From a virus, in UHGV virus genome UHGV-0277313: a stretch of 64,000 bases of DNA; one strand, written 5' to 3'. Positions 46,296 to 56,197 of the stretch are shown piece by piece. Under the pieces are notes generated by a model, which saw only the letters and a list, made by a program, of their open reading frames with translations, was not told the DNA's origin and made no database searches. The position numbers and the translations under genes were made by a program. Numbering within the stretch: position 1 is the stretch's first letter; every line of letters starts with the position of its first letter.

Positions 46296-47248
46296 CTAAA
46301 GTAAATACTAATGTTGTAGATTGTGGAGAACATCGATTCTTGCAATTCAATCTATGGAAAGATTGTAATAATAATTGTGAATTTTGTTTTTATCGTGGCC
46401 ACAAATTATTATCAAATGAAAAGAAAATTTCATCAATTAATTTTGTTAAAGAAAGATTATTAGATTTTGAAGAGTCTGATTTCTATAATGAAATTGGTTT
46501 CATTGGCGGTGAGTTCTTTGATAATCAAATTGAAAATGAGTCTGTTAAAAAAGCTTTTTATGGATTGTTCGATATCCTAAAAGATAAACGTGAACGTGGA
46601 AAGCTTGATCGTATTTACATTACAACAAACTTAATATTCGATTCACATAAATTATTGCGGCCATTTCTTGACTATTTAAAAGAATTGAACCTTTTAGATA
46701 TCACATTATTATGCACATCGTATGATTTAAAATACAGATTTCATAATGAAAAAGCATTGCAGTATTGGCAAGATAATATGATTAATTTGTCAAAAGATTA
46801 CAATACAATGATTCATACAGAAATTATTGTAACGCAAGCTTTTATTGATGCTGTCATGAGTGGTTCATTTGACATCGAAGATTTCTGTGATAAATATAAT
46901 ACACGAATCGATTATATCGAACCTTCTTCAGGTTTCTATTTCTATGATAAAAAGGAATGCGAGAAAGAAGTTAAAGACTTTTTCCCTAAACGTGAGGATT
47001 TCTTAAACTTTATTAGATATACCGCAATTGATAATAATTGGATTGATTTAACAAAATTCTTGTCAATGCGAATCAGATCAGATACGTTGTACTGTCATTT
47101 AAAAGGTCAATGGAGAAAGCTGGAAGGTCGTAGGTCACAATATATATGCCCGACTTTAGGATTGTATGACGTAACGTATGAGAATGGTTATTGTGATTCG
47201 ACAGAATCAATGGTCGATGATGTAAATGCATTTTTAGGGAGTGTATGA
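46292..47248 (+). CDS. radical SAM enzyme, paralog 2
   Basis: WKDCNNNCEFC, FIGGEFFD; divergent C-terminus lacking ECGHS. Confidence 0.7.
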   Translation: MTKVNTNVVDCGEHRFLQFNLWKDCNNNCEFCFYRGHKLLSNEKKISSINFVKERLLDFEESDFYNEIGFIGGEFFDNQIENESVKKAFYGLFDILKDKRERGKLDRIYITTNLIFDSHKLLRPFLDYLKELNLLDITLLCTSYDLKYRFHNEKALQYWQDNMINLSKDYNTMIHTEIIVTQAFIDAVMSGSFDIEDFCDKYNTRIDYIEPSSGFYFYDKKECEKEVKDFFPKREDFLNFIRYTAIDNNWIDLTKFLSMRIRSDTLYCHLKGQWRKLEGRRSQYICPTLGLYDVTYENGYCDSTESMVDDVNAFLGSV

Positions 47249-48180
47249 TGGGGAAAATGGTTCAATATTCGATGTGGTCAAATTGCAGTAATCATTGTGA
47301 TTTTTGTTTAATTCGTGATCATCATCATTATACAAAAAAAGAACAGATTGCGAATATACGTAGAATTCGTGAGAATATAAAACATGTTGACTGGCAGAAT
47401 GAATTTTCATACGGAATTTCTTTATTAGGTGGTGAGCTTTATTTTATTACTGATAAAGAAGTGCAAGATGAATTTATGTTGTTAATTGATGATATCATTG
47501 AAAATATCTTGTTAAAAGTGGATAATAAATTCTGCCGATATTCATCTGTTACTAACGGTTTATATGAGCCTTCTTTCCTGTTTCGCGTAATTGATGAAAT
47601 AAAAAATAGAGCAGGTATTGAAAAAGTTGACATTAACTTTTCATATGATTTGAAATATCGTTATCATTCAGAAGCTAGAAGAAAATTGGCTTTGGAAAAT
47701 ATTAACAAATTTCATGACAGATATGATTATAGAGTTGGCGTACAAATGATTGTTACACAACATTTGATTAATTTGTGTAAATCAGGTGAATTTAATGTAG
47801 CAGAATTTGTTGAAAAAGAAATTCCTGGATGTGTATTGTCTTTATTATACCCGCACCCTGTTCAAACTGGTAATGTATTGCCGGATTTCTTTTTTACACG
47901 CGATGACCTGTTTTGGTTCGTTAATTATTTAAGAGAGAATTGTTTGGATACATATTATAATTTCCTATACAGTACAAAAAATTCTGGTACGTTTAAATAT
48001 ACAGGTTTTCTTGACAGATCGTCTAAAGGTATGAAACAATTGGATCAGCAGCCAACATTGTCTGATGGTAAAGAAGAATTAAGTGAATGTGGTCATTCTG
48101 TTTTGTATAAATGCTATTCAGATAGTGATGAATGTATGTTATGTGACTTGGAATTATTAGAAGCGGATATTAATTCATGA
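47245..48180 (+). CDS. radical SAM enzyme, paralog 3
   Basis: WSNCSNHCDFC, LLGGELYF; tail SECGHSVLYKCYSDSDECMLCD. Confidence 0.7.
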   Translation: MMGKMVQYSMWSNCSNHCDFCLIRDHHHYTKKEQIANIRRIRENIKHVDWQNEFSYGISLLGGELYFITDKEVQDEFMLLIDDIIENILLKVDNKFCRYSSVTNGLYEPSFLFRVIDEIKNRAGIEKVDINFSYDLKYRYHSEARRKLALENINKFHDRYDYRVGVQMIVTQHLINLCKSGEFNVAEFVEKEIPGCVLSLLYPHPVQTGNVLPDFFFTRDDLFWFVNYLRENCLDTYYNFLYSTKNSGTFKYTGFLDRSSKGMKQLDQQPTLSDGKEELSECGHSVLYKCYSDSDECMLCDLELLEADINS

Positions 48181-49157
48181 ATAAAGAAAATGATAACAGA
48201 CAAGAATGTCAATTTGAAGTTTGGACTGAATGCAATTCTAAATGTGTGTTTTGTTATTTAAGTACAAATAACATTAAAACATTAGATGAAATTAAAATAA
48301 AACAGATGAATGAAATCATCGATAGCATGAAAGCCGATGACTTTTGTGAAAAGTTTAATAAAGTTGCATTCATTGGCGGTGAATTTTATCAAGGTCAACT
48401 ATCAAATCCTGAAGTCAAGTCTAAATTTATGGAAATGATGGATGTTGCAGCAGATTTACTAAACAGTGGTAAAATTACTGAAGTTTGGACTTGTGCAACT
48501 TTAACAATTGGTGATCAGAAGGATATGTATGAAGTCTTGAAGAAATTCAATGACATATCAAGAGTTTGGGTGTTGACATCATACGATACTATAGGAAGAT
48601 TTCATACACCTAAAATGAAACAGACGTGGCTTGATAACATGCAGAAGTTACGTGACACATACAAAGATATTAAGATTAACATTACATCAATCTTAACTGG
48701 TGATTTTATTGATAAATATCTTGAAGGAACTTTAGATTTATGGGAAATTGCTAATCAGTATAATGCAGCAATTTTCTTAAAACCAGCATGCCCTATTGAT
48801 AGAAACGAAAAGTCACAATACACTAAAGAAGAAACCAATCAAATTATACCAAACTTTTTCCCAACACGTGACAAATTTATTGAGTTTCTATATAAATTTA
48901 AAATGAATGAGCCTGAATTCATGTATGATAAATTATTCAACATGAAATATAGAAGCGATTATTTATATCGTTTTGAAGAAGGTGAAATGCATTGTTCGCA
49001 TCGAGTAAAAGAAACACAGCAAGAGTTTTATGATAAACAAATAGCTGATAATGTTGTTAATAAATGCGGACATAGTTCACAATATCAAATATATCTTGAT
49101 AGTGATGAATGTGCTGTTTGTGATAAAGAAATGATTAAGGAAATGGTGAATGATTGA
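48177..49157 (+). CDS. radical SAM enzyme, paralog 4
   Basis: WTECNSKCVFC, FIGGEFYQ; tail NKCGHSSQYQIYLDSDECAVCD. Confidence 0.7.
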   Translation: MNKENDNRQECQFEVWTECNSKCVFCYLSTNNIKTLDEIKIKQMNEIIDSMKADDFCEKFNKVAFIGGEFYQGQLSNPEVKSKFMEMMDVAADLLNSGKITEVWTCATLTIGDQKDMYEVLKKFNDISRVWVLTSYDTIGRFHTPKMKQTWLDNMQKLRDTYKDIKINITSILTGDFIDKYLEGTLDLWEIANQYNAAIFLKPACPIDRNEKSQYTKEETNQIIPNFFPTRDKFIEFLYKFKMNEPEFMYDKLFNMKYRSDYLYRFEEGEMHCSHRVKETQQEFYDKQIADNVVNKCGHSSQYQIYLDSDECAVCDKEMIKEMVND

Positions 49158-50088
49158 GTCTATTCTAGAAAAAGTATCTTTTAACAATGCCGAATTTGCA
49201 TTTTATAAAGAGTCACTTAAAAGTTACAATGCAAAAGAAATCATGTCTGAACATGATTATGAATCAGTTGATAAAGCATTGAAAGAATTTCTTCCTTGCA
49301 AAATTAATGACGATTATCATTTTACATTTTCAACAACCGCAACTGATTTAATTAAACAGTTATTTAAAAAGTATGTTGATGATGACACATTGGTTTTGAC
49401 AACAAATAGTGAACATCCTAAAGTTCAGGAAATTTTAAAGAAATGCAAAAACGTAGTTAAAGCTTTTGATAAAGAAAGTTTACAACAGTTTACAGTTGAT
49501 AATAAATATAAACGCGTTTTTATTTATATGATTGGGACAATGTGTGCAACAGGCCACATTGTTTATGATCAGGAGTTTGAATCAATCATTGAACGTGCAA
49601 AAGCTTCAGGTAAAGAAGTCATTACAGTCATTGATGCAGTTCAAGAACTATTCCTATTACACCGTGATTATAACAAATTCGATTATATTATTGGTACAGC
49701 ACATGCCTTAATTCCTGAATATAATGTTGGTTTAATGTTGTCAAAAGACACATCAGTTGGAAAACATTTGATGATTGCGCAACCTTTTGTAACGATGTTA
49801 AAATGGCTTTTAAAGCGCAAAGAATACCTATATCAATTCAGTACTTTTATGAGTATGGAATTTGGCAATACCCGTAATACACAATTCTATCATGATTTTG
49901 GTATCAGTCATCTATTCTTTATTAAAACCAGAAATGGTGAATTTAATCAGATGCAAGAAGAAGATACTGTAAAAGATAATATCGACAATGTTGGTGTATT
50001 ATTTAGAGGTTGTTGGTCTGTTGTAGATCGTGAAACTTTTGATAATCTTTTACAAACAACAAAATTCATTGTTGAAGGGAATATCTAA
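49150..50088 (+). CDS. cysteine desulfurase-like (aminotransferase class V fold) protein, paralog 2
   Basis: LVLTTNSEHPKVQEILKKCKNV; VIDAVQELFLLHRDYNKFDYIIGTAHAL. Confidence 0.5.
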   Translation: MIESILEKVSFNNAEFAFYKESLKSYNAKEIMSEHDYESVDKALKEFLPCKINDDYHFTFSTTATDLIKQLFKKYVDDDTLVLTTNSEHPKVQEILKKCKNVVKAFDKESLQQFTVDNKYKRVFIYMIGTMCATGHIVYDQEFESIIERAKASGKEVITVIDAVQELFLLHRDYNKFDYIIGTAHALIPEYNVGLMLSKDTSVGKHLMIAQPFVTMLKWLLKRKEYLYQFSTFMSMEFGNTRNTQFYHDFGISHLFFIKTRNGEFNQMQEEDTVKDNIDNVGVLFRGCWSVVDRETFDNLLQTTKFIVEGNI

Positions 50089-51047
50089 TGAAATTAATTA
50101 CTAATTGGTTGAATAGTTTTGATTATTCAAAAAATGAATTAGAACAATTGGCAAGAATACGGATATCCGATGATATCATTATAGATAACTTTGATGAAGA
50201 AAAAGTTCGAACTTTTTCAATGATACCGTTTGATAGCTTTAAATATAATCATCTGACTGTTGATACATGTGCAACAAATATCATTAATAATTTATTTGAT
50301 AAATATGTTGATGACGATACTTTGGTTATTACAACAGGAAGTGAACATCATTCTGTTAGAAACAATCTAAACAAATGCCAAAATGTTGTTAATTTTGTTT
50401 GTCGTGGGGAAATCCGTCAAGATATAGATATAATTAACACAATAAAACCTTTTAAAAAAGTATTCATTTATATGATTGCTTTAAGTGTCGGCGACCCACA
50501 TTATCTTAACAATTGTATTGTGGAGCAATTACAAAACATTCTAAAAGAAAACAATAAACAATTCGTTACTGTATTAGATGCTGTACAAGAATTGTTTTTA
50601 TTACCACGAGATTATTCAATCTATGATTATGTTGTAGGCACTTCACATGCGTTAATACCGAATTATGATATGGGAATGTTATTCGGTAAAGAAGAGCTTT
50701 CATATAAAGCGGGAAATTGGTTGAAAGATTTTAACGATTGTCTGGAAATTCTTTTAAGAAACCGCGACAAATTATATCAATTGAACGTTGTAATGCGTCA
50801 ACACTTTGCCAAATATACATGTTTCGATAAAGATTTAATTGATTCAAGTCGTGCACCGTATGTTTATAATTTGTGTGATTATAAAAAACGTTTAGACGGT
50901 TTAAACGATGTCGATTACGAACGAGGAGCAGTAGCTCCTGGTGATTACACACCTGTTACTTTTAGGGCATGCCCGTTTTTAGCACATCAAGAAAAGTTCC
51001 TTGATAGAATACAAACGATTGATAATATCCTTGAATCAGATATGTGA
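50088..51047 (+). CDS. cysteine desulfurase-like (aminotransferase class V fold) protein, paralog 3
   Basis: DTCATNIINNLFDKYVDDDTLVITTGSEHHSV; VLDAVQELFLLPRDYSIYDYVVGTSHAL; very close to 27581-28540. Confidence 0.5.
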   Translation: MKLITNWLNSFDYSKNELEQLARIRISDDIIIDNFDEEKVRTFSMIPFDSFKYNHLTVDTCATNIINNLFDKYVDDDTLVITTGSEHHSVRNNLNKCQNVVNFVCRGEIRQDIDIINTIKPFKKVFIYMIALSVGDPHYLNNCIVEQLQNILKENNKQFVTVLDAVQELFLLPRDYSIYDYVVGTSHALIPNYDMGMLFGKEELSYKAGNWLKDFNDCLEILLRNRDKLYQLNVVMRQHFAKYTCFDKDLIDSSRAPYVYNLCDYKKRLDGLNDVDYERGAVAPGDYTPVTFRACPFLAHQEKFLDRIQTIDNILESDM

Positions 51048-51051
51048 AGAT

Positions 51052-51090
51052 AAAGGCTGGAAACTAAATCCAGCCTTTATATTTATTGAA
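51052..51090. terminator. bidirectional rho-independent terminator
   Basis: aaaggctgga-aactaaa-tccagccttt + T/A-rich flank, between convergent genes. Confidence 0.65.
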
Positions 51091-51775
51091 TTGCTTTATC
51101 TATATTGACAACACGTTGTTGTTGATCCATTGTACGATAAAGTTGTTTGTCAAACCAATCTAAACCTTCAGGTGTGTTCGGAACAATTATAAATTTTAAA
51201 TCATCTTTAAAACGTATCGAGTTGTCTTCGATAAAAGGTTTGAACATATCTTTCACACAAATGAATTTCCAATTATTCAAGACATATTTGCGTAATTCAG
51301 AATAAATTCCGAAAGCGTCAAGGTGATCTAAACGAAGAAGAGTGTCATTAATTTTGTCATAATCTTCTTCAGTAATTGTTGACATTGAACAACCGCAAAC
51401 AATTTGTGATTGTTTTGTTTTATCAAAACTTAATTGATTAACTGTTAAAATAACTAAATGAGTTTTATCAAAAAATATACGCATTTTCACAAAACTAAAA
51501 ACACCTTTTTCTGACACATCATTTTTAGAATGAAAAGAAAATTCTTTGATATCTTCTAGATTCCATTGAGAGCCATCAACATATGGCGAAATGTAACCAA
51601 AATCTTCTTTTGCATACTTTAGATGTTTTTCTTCTAAAGGTTGTTCGTAACTATCTTCCATGTATTCAAGAAAGGTTTCAATAAACGTCTTTTTCATAAA
51701 AATCACCTTCATATTCTTATATAAAATAAAGAACGAACAGTGAAAGTCTAACACATATTTAAGACACAAAAACAC
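51083..51775 (-). CDS. hypothetical protein
   Basis: 230 aa minus-strand ORF. Confidence 0.5.
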   Translation of the reverse strand: MFLCLKYVLDFHCSFFILYKNMKVIFMKKTFIETFLEYMEDSYEQPLEEKHLKYAKEDFGYISPYVDGSQWNLEDIKEFSFHSKNDVSEKGVFSFVKMRIFFDKTHLVILTVNQLSFDKTKQSQIVCGCSMSTITEEDYDKINDTLLRLDHLDAFGIYSELRKYVLNNWKFICVKDMFKPFIEDNSIRFKDDLKFIIVPNTPEGLDWFDKQLYRTMDQQQRVVNIDKAIQ

Positions 51776-51851
51776 GTTATTTAAGTTTTTGTTTTTATCA
51801 TATTTAAATTATTTAATAAATAAAGTGTGTTTTTAAACCCCGCTTTCCTTT

Positions 51852-52469
51852 TTATATTGCAATTATTTTTACATAGCCACCTATAGCAGGAAACGAAGCA
51901 TTATTTTGTCCTGCATTGTTATTCCCTGAAGCGCCAGGACCTGTTATTGTTCCATCATATGTTGAAACTGTACGTGTTGAACCAGGCGTATTCCAAGAAT
52001 CATAAATAGCAAACCATTTACCATTTACAGGTGTTGCATTACTTATTATTTGAAAATTTGTCCATAGATTAGTATCGAAACCGCCTGTTGAATACCCAAT
52101 AGCTTTTGTACCATCACCAACTTTTCCAGAGTTAAAGGCAGCGCCTACTTGGGATAAATCACCTTGTGGGGAAATAAAAATATTGGACGAATAATCCGGC
52201 AACGTTCCAACACCAGAAGCCACACCGGTATTTGTCGGTGCAGCAATATTTCCATAACTAAAATTTGAGTTATCACCACCATTACCAACAACTATATACA
52301 GTTTTTGCCCTGCATGTTTAGGTTTTATTCGTATAATTCCACAACCTGAACCACTTGCCGTTGATCTTGACCAATAGAGCTTATAACGTTTATCTGTATG
52401 TTTGTTTAACTTGTTTGTACGATTATGTCTTTTTGGTTTATTATCAATAAAGTTACTGATATTTATCAT
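51852..52469 (-). CDS. glycine-rich structural protein (VVGNGG motif)
   Basis: 205 aa; YIVVGNGGDNS then Gly/Ser/Thr-rich body. Confidence 0.5.
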   Translation of the reverse strand: MINISNFIDNKPKRHNRTNKLNKHTDKRYKLYWSRSTASGSGCGIIRIKPKHAGQKLYIVVGNGGDNSNFSYGNIAAPTNTGVASGVGTLPDYSSNIFISPQGDLSQVGAAFNSGKVGDGTKAIGYSTGGFDTNLWTNFQIISNATPVNGKWFAIYDSWNTPGSTRTVSTYDGTITGPGASGNNNAGQNNASFPAIGGYVKIIAI

Positions 52470-52483
52470 GAAAATTTCCTTTT

Positions 52484-52741
52484 TTATAAGTCAACAACTG
52501 CACCAACTACAGGTGAACCCCCACCGACAACAACTATCTCAACCATTTGTGATGTCGGTAACATTATTTCATAGGTACTAAAACCACCACCACCATTATT
52601 ACCAAACTTTTCAAACAAAACAGTTCCAGAAGGTAAAGCTTTTTGATATATCAAAGTTTGACCTTGATAAATTTCTTTGATTACTCTGTCACCAAAAGTA
52701 ACTAAAGGAACTTTATTTCCTTGATAAATTATCATATGCAA
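52484..52741 (-). CDS. short glycine-rich family N-terminal module (possible split gene with 51852-52469)
   Basis: 85 aa; IIYQGNKV...IYQGQTLIYQ...EIVVVGGGSPVVG then stop; separated by 14 nt from downstream gly-rich ORF. Confidence 0.4.
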   Translation of the reverse strand: MHMIIYQGNKVPLVTFGDRVIKEIYQGQTLIYQKALPSGTVLFEKFGNNGGGGFSTYEIMLPTSQMVEIVVVGGGSPVVGAVVDL

Positions 52742-52801
52742 CTCTTTCTAGTAATATAAACACAATTGTATCTCTATACAACTAAAAAGAAGAACAAAAC
52801 G

Positions 52802-52932
52802 TCGTACGACTTAATTATGAAAATTTAAAAATAGAATGTAACAACAAATGGTGCATCAGAATGTCCATCAATAAAAATAACATGATTCATTTTAAATTAA
52901 GTCGTACGACTTGAAGGTCTATTGATCAAATG
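52802..52932. promoter_or_regulatory. pair of TCGTACGA motifs in divergent intergenic region
   Basis: cgTCGTACGActtaa at 52802 and agTCGTACGActtgaaggtctattg at 52902. Confidence 0.45.
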
Positions 52933-52957
52933 ATGTTTTAGAATACAGGTTTGTTTA

Positions 52958-53596
52958 ATGTCAATCAATAATCAAGGTCGAAAAATAAAAGTAATTTATA
53001 AAGGTTCAACAAAGTTTGGACGTGTTTATAAAGGTGAACAGATAATTTTTGGAACAAAGTTTCATGATGTAAAAACTTTTACAGCGTCCGGAAGTTTTAT
53101 CTTTCCAAACAGACTGATTTCATTGACTATTACAGTTGTTGGTGGCGGTGGTGCATCTGGTGGTTGGTCAAATGATAGGCACGGTTGGTACACACCAAAA
53201 CCTGGTCAAAACGGCGGAAAAGCTATACATTCACTGTCTAATGCAATTGATTATTCAAATAAAACTGTAACGTTTATTGTTGGTGATGGTGGAAAAGCTG
53301 GTGCTCAAGCCTGGTCTGGAAAATTTAACGGGTTTTATGCTTCTACCAAAGGCGGCGACAGTTCAGTTCCATTGTTTAATTTGGTTGCGACAGGTGGTTA
53401 TCAAGGGTGGACTGCAGGAAACCCTCAATCTACTGATAACCAACCTGGTACGGCATCTGGTGGCAATACGTTCAATGGTGTTTCAACAGATGCATATCCT
53501 GCAAATGGTGGTGGCGCCCCAATTTCTTCATCGGTTGGTGCTGGCATTAATGGTGTTGTCGGTAAAGTAGTTTTTGATTATTACTATTGGAAATAA
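52958..53596 (+). CDS. glycine-rich structural protein (VVGGGG-motif family)
   Basis: 212 aa; KVIYKGSTKFGRVYKGEQIIFG...LTITVVGGGGASGG. Confidence 0.6.
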   Translation: MSINNQGRKIKVIYKGSTKFGRVYKGEQIIFGTKFHDVKTFTASGSFIFPNRLISLTITVVGGGGASGGWSNDRHGWYTPKPGQNGGKAIHSLSNAIDYSNKTVTFIVGDGGKAGAQAWSGKFNGFYASTKGGDSSVPLFNLVATGGYQGWTAGNPQSTDNQPGTASGGNTFNGVSTDAYPANGGGAPISSSVGAGINGVVGKVVFDYYYWK

Positions 53597-53645
53597 CCTT
53601 GATTTTGTTCGTTTTTTATGCTATCTTAAAACAATCTAAAACTAA

Positions 53646-54587
53646 TTGAAAGGTTTTTTAATAATGAATAAAGACGAACTATCATTACTTCCTGATTGTA
53701 TAAAACAACAGGTTGAAAAATGTCTGAAATTTGAAGAAGATTGCAAGAAGCAAGATGAAATTGAATTTCGTGAATTTGCCAAAACACACAATAACCTATC
53801 AGCAAGCGAATTTGTATTACAGTATTATAATATAACAAAAAAGACATTGACAAATGAACGGTTGTATTGGTATTTGCAAGTTTATGGCACAAATACATAT
53901 GGCGCAAGTGTTGCTAAATTTGTATTAGATAACATTGGTTTGCATGATAATGCTGTTGTAACTGTTGAAAATAAACCAAAAGAATGTTTAAAAGAGTTTA
54001 AGGATCCAGTTGTTCCTCCTTGTACAATAACTTGTACTTGTGAACAACCGTCTATAACAATACAAGAAAATGTTTGTTGGGATTTATTTTCTGAACGAAT
54101 TGAAGAAAGTAAAACATTTCAAAAGTTCAGTCAAAAAACTGTTGATTATAATGAAGAAATTTATCAGATGTCAAGGGCTATTTATCAAGCTTGTAAAATG
54201 CAAGAAGATAAATCAACTACAATTATAGATCTATTTAACATGCTTTATCAAAATGATGGATCTAAAAAGCTTGAAGACAATGATAATTATAAATTTCTTG
54301 CTGAATTAATTAAGGTCATGTCATCATATGGAATAATTAAACGTAAGGCATTGACTTTTAAAATTGTCGAAAATCTTTTTACGTATGATCGTGTAAAAAT
54401 TTGTATTATAAAAACATGTTGCTATTCTGAACTGTTTACTAAAGAAGAAAAAATTAACTATTTGCAACAAGTTGGTACATTGAATGTTGTTGAATTAACA
54501 AGTATTTTCAAACAGGCACACGAAAAAACAACTGAACTTTTAGAAAGTTTAGAGTTAAAGAAAAAGCGTAAAAGAAGAAGCAAATAA
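53646..54587 (+). CDS. hypothetical protein
   Basis: 313 aa ORF; alternative ATG at 53664; basic KKKRKRRSK C-terminus. Confidence 0.55.
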   Translation: MKGFLIMNKDELSLLPDCIKQQVEKCLKFEEDCKKQDEIEFREFAKTHNNLSASEFVLQYYNITKKTLTNERLYWYLQVYGTNTYGASVAKFVLDNIGLHDNAVVTVENKPKECLKEFKDPVVPPCTITCTCEQPSITIQENVCWDLFSERIEESKTFQKFSQKTVDYNEEIYQMSRAIYQACKMQEDKSTTIIDLFNMLYQNDGSKKLEDNDNYKFLAELIKVMSSYGIIKRKALTFKIVENLFTYDRVKICIIKTCCYSELFTKEEKINYLQQVGTLNVVELTSIFKQAHEKTTELLESLELKKKRKRRSK

Positions 54588-54593
54588 AATAAT

Positions 54594-54632
54594 TAAGCGG
54601 GTAACTTTATTTGTTACCCGCTTTTCTTTTTA
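54594..54632. terminator. bidirectional rho-independent terminator
   Basis: aagcgggtaac-tttattt-gttacccgctt + T run. Confidence 0.7.
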
Positions 54633-54848
54633 TATAGCTAATTTAAATTCCGGTGATTTAATTGCAGAAAGAAAATCTGGAAATTGTTTTACAACTGGTT
54701 CAATCATTTCGTCTTTTCTACACATACAGGTTATTCCATTGCTGTATAGGTAAAAACAAAACTCATCTGATACTTTAGTAATTAAGAATCTTTCTCCACA
54801 AAAGGTTTCTCTCAATTGGAAGGCTTTAGGAAGTGCGATTTTAGACAT
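54630..54848 (-). CDS. small hypothetical protein
   Basis: 72 aa ORF. Confidence 0.35.
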   Translation of the reverse strand: MSKIALPKAFQLRETFCGERFLITKVSDEFCFYLYSNGITCMCRKDEMIEPVVKQFPDFLSAIKSPEFKLAI

Positions 54849-55011
54849 AGGGGTTTCACCTTGTTTACAGTTGCACGGACATTATCAAGAACATCAACAT
54901 CAACGTAATTCAATCAGTTTTTGAATGACAGTTGCCCTTAATCAAATAATATTGTTGACAAATCTATCAATGCAATGATAATTTTTTAATTTGACAAAAA
55001 TTAAACAAAAT

Positions 55012-55599
55012 TTAAGCACTAAACGACAGTTTATTGTACAACATAAATAATAAACGAACAGTTTTAAAGCATGAATTGTCAGAAGGTGTTGGCAAATCAA
55101 ATGCTGTACATATTGTGTTAAATTTAAAATCAGGGATTGTTGGACGAATGTCCAACATTGCAATATTTGCTAATTGCATAACATCTAAAGCTGGTGAATA
55201 GAAATAATCAAAAAATCTATTATGTTGTTCTCCTGATTCATTAACAGTTACACCATATCGTTTAAACATGTTTAGTATAAAGTCGTATACAAAAGGTGCA
55301 TTATAGGCAACAATCATAAACTTTTCATTTTGTGAATAATGTTTCTTTAATATTTCTTCAACGTGTTTAAATGCAAACTCTTGTGGAATATATTTTTGTA
55401 TATCCTCTATTTTTTCATTGTTTATCGTTAAAGCTTTTGGATCAAACTCAACATCGCCTGGATTCATTTTTGTATACATTTGGTCAATTACTTTGCCATT
55501 CTTTTCAACCAAAATTGCAATTTCAGTAATACCGTGTTTCCAAGGAATTGTTCCTGTTGTTTTTATAGATGTGAATAGTTTTATCATTTTGATTTCCAA
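55012..55599 (-). CDS. probable DEDD 3'-5' exonuclease-like protein
   Basis: TGTIPWKHGITEIAIL (Exo I-like) and MIVAYNAPFVYDFILN (Exo II-like); weak. Confidence 0.4.
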   Translation of the reverse strand: MEIKMIKLFTSIKTTGTIPWKHGITEIAILVEKNGKVIDQMYTKMNPGDVEFDPKALTINNEKIEDIQKYIPQEFAFKHVEEILKKHYSQNEKFMIVAYNAPFVYDFILNMFKRYGVTVNESGEQHNRFFDYFYSPALDVMQLANIAMLDIRPTIPDFKFNTICTAFDLPTPSDNSCFKTVRLLFMLYNKLSFSA

Positions 55600-55748
55600 T
55601 GTTTATTGAAACTTTTGAAAGATTATCACATTAAAAATTATAGTGCAAGTCTTATTTTGAAATTCAAATTTCATAATTAATGATATACCAACTGAACAAT
55701 GGACAGTCAAATAAATTAAAAGGGCAGGTTTATTTACCTGCCCTTTCT

Positions 55749-56057
55749 TTATGCAATTTTCTCAAATTTACAGTCACGAACAATATATACAACAGGTTTT
55801 TTCTTTTTTGCTTCAACAATAAAAATAAAACCTTCATTGTTTTTATCTACAAATTCTTTAGCCTGTTTCAATGAACCATAAACAGGATATTCAATATCAT
55901 CGTCAACTGTAATTACATCACCTAAAATATTGTCAATATCCTGAAATGCAAACTGATAAAAGTCTGATGCAAATTCATCAACATCATTTGCTTTTAAAAA
56001 CATTTCTTTCATATATTCAATCAAATCACGAGGTGTTTCGAAATGTGGTTTTGTCAT
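55749..56057 (-). CDS. hypothetical protein
   Basis: 102 aa ORF. Confidence 0.45.
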   Translation of the reverse strand: MTKPHFETPRDLIEYMKEMFLKANDVDEFASDFYQFAFQDIDNILGDVITVDDDIEYPVYGSLKQAKEFVDKNNEGFIFIVEAKKKKPVVYIVRDCKFEKIA

Positions 56058-56197
56058 CTTAACTTCCTTTTTTGTTTAACCAATGTAGACACTTTAGAAT
56101 AACATTTTCAAAATGTCAAGCTTTATTTGCAAACATATCTAAAAAACATTCATCACGTTCTTTTTATAAAGATTTTTATATTTAAACAGGTGTGAAT

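Noticed and set aside
45432-49157. Radical-SAM array as a RiPP (SPASM-type) maturase cluster acting on the small paralog family
   Set aside because: The small paralogs have variable N-terminal bodies and a conserved C-terminal tail, the inverse of leader/core RiPP architecture. They are >100 aa and not adjacent to the array. The C-terminal CGHS...CxxCD tails look more like zinc-ribbon ends than full SPASM domains. Kept only as a remote alternative.
53277-53570. 97-aa ORF inside glycine-rich gene 52958-53596
   Set aside because: Alternative frame of a Gly-codon-rich gene; the longer co-directional ORF carries the family motifs.
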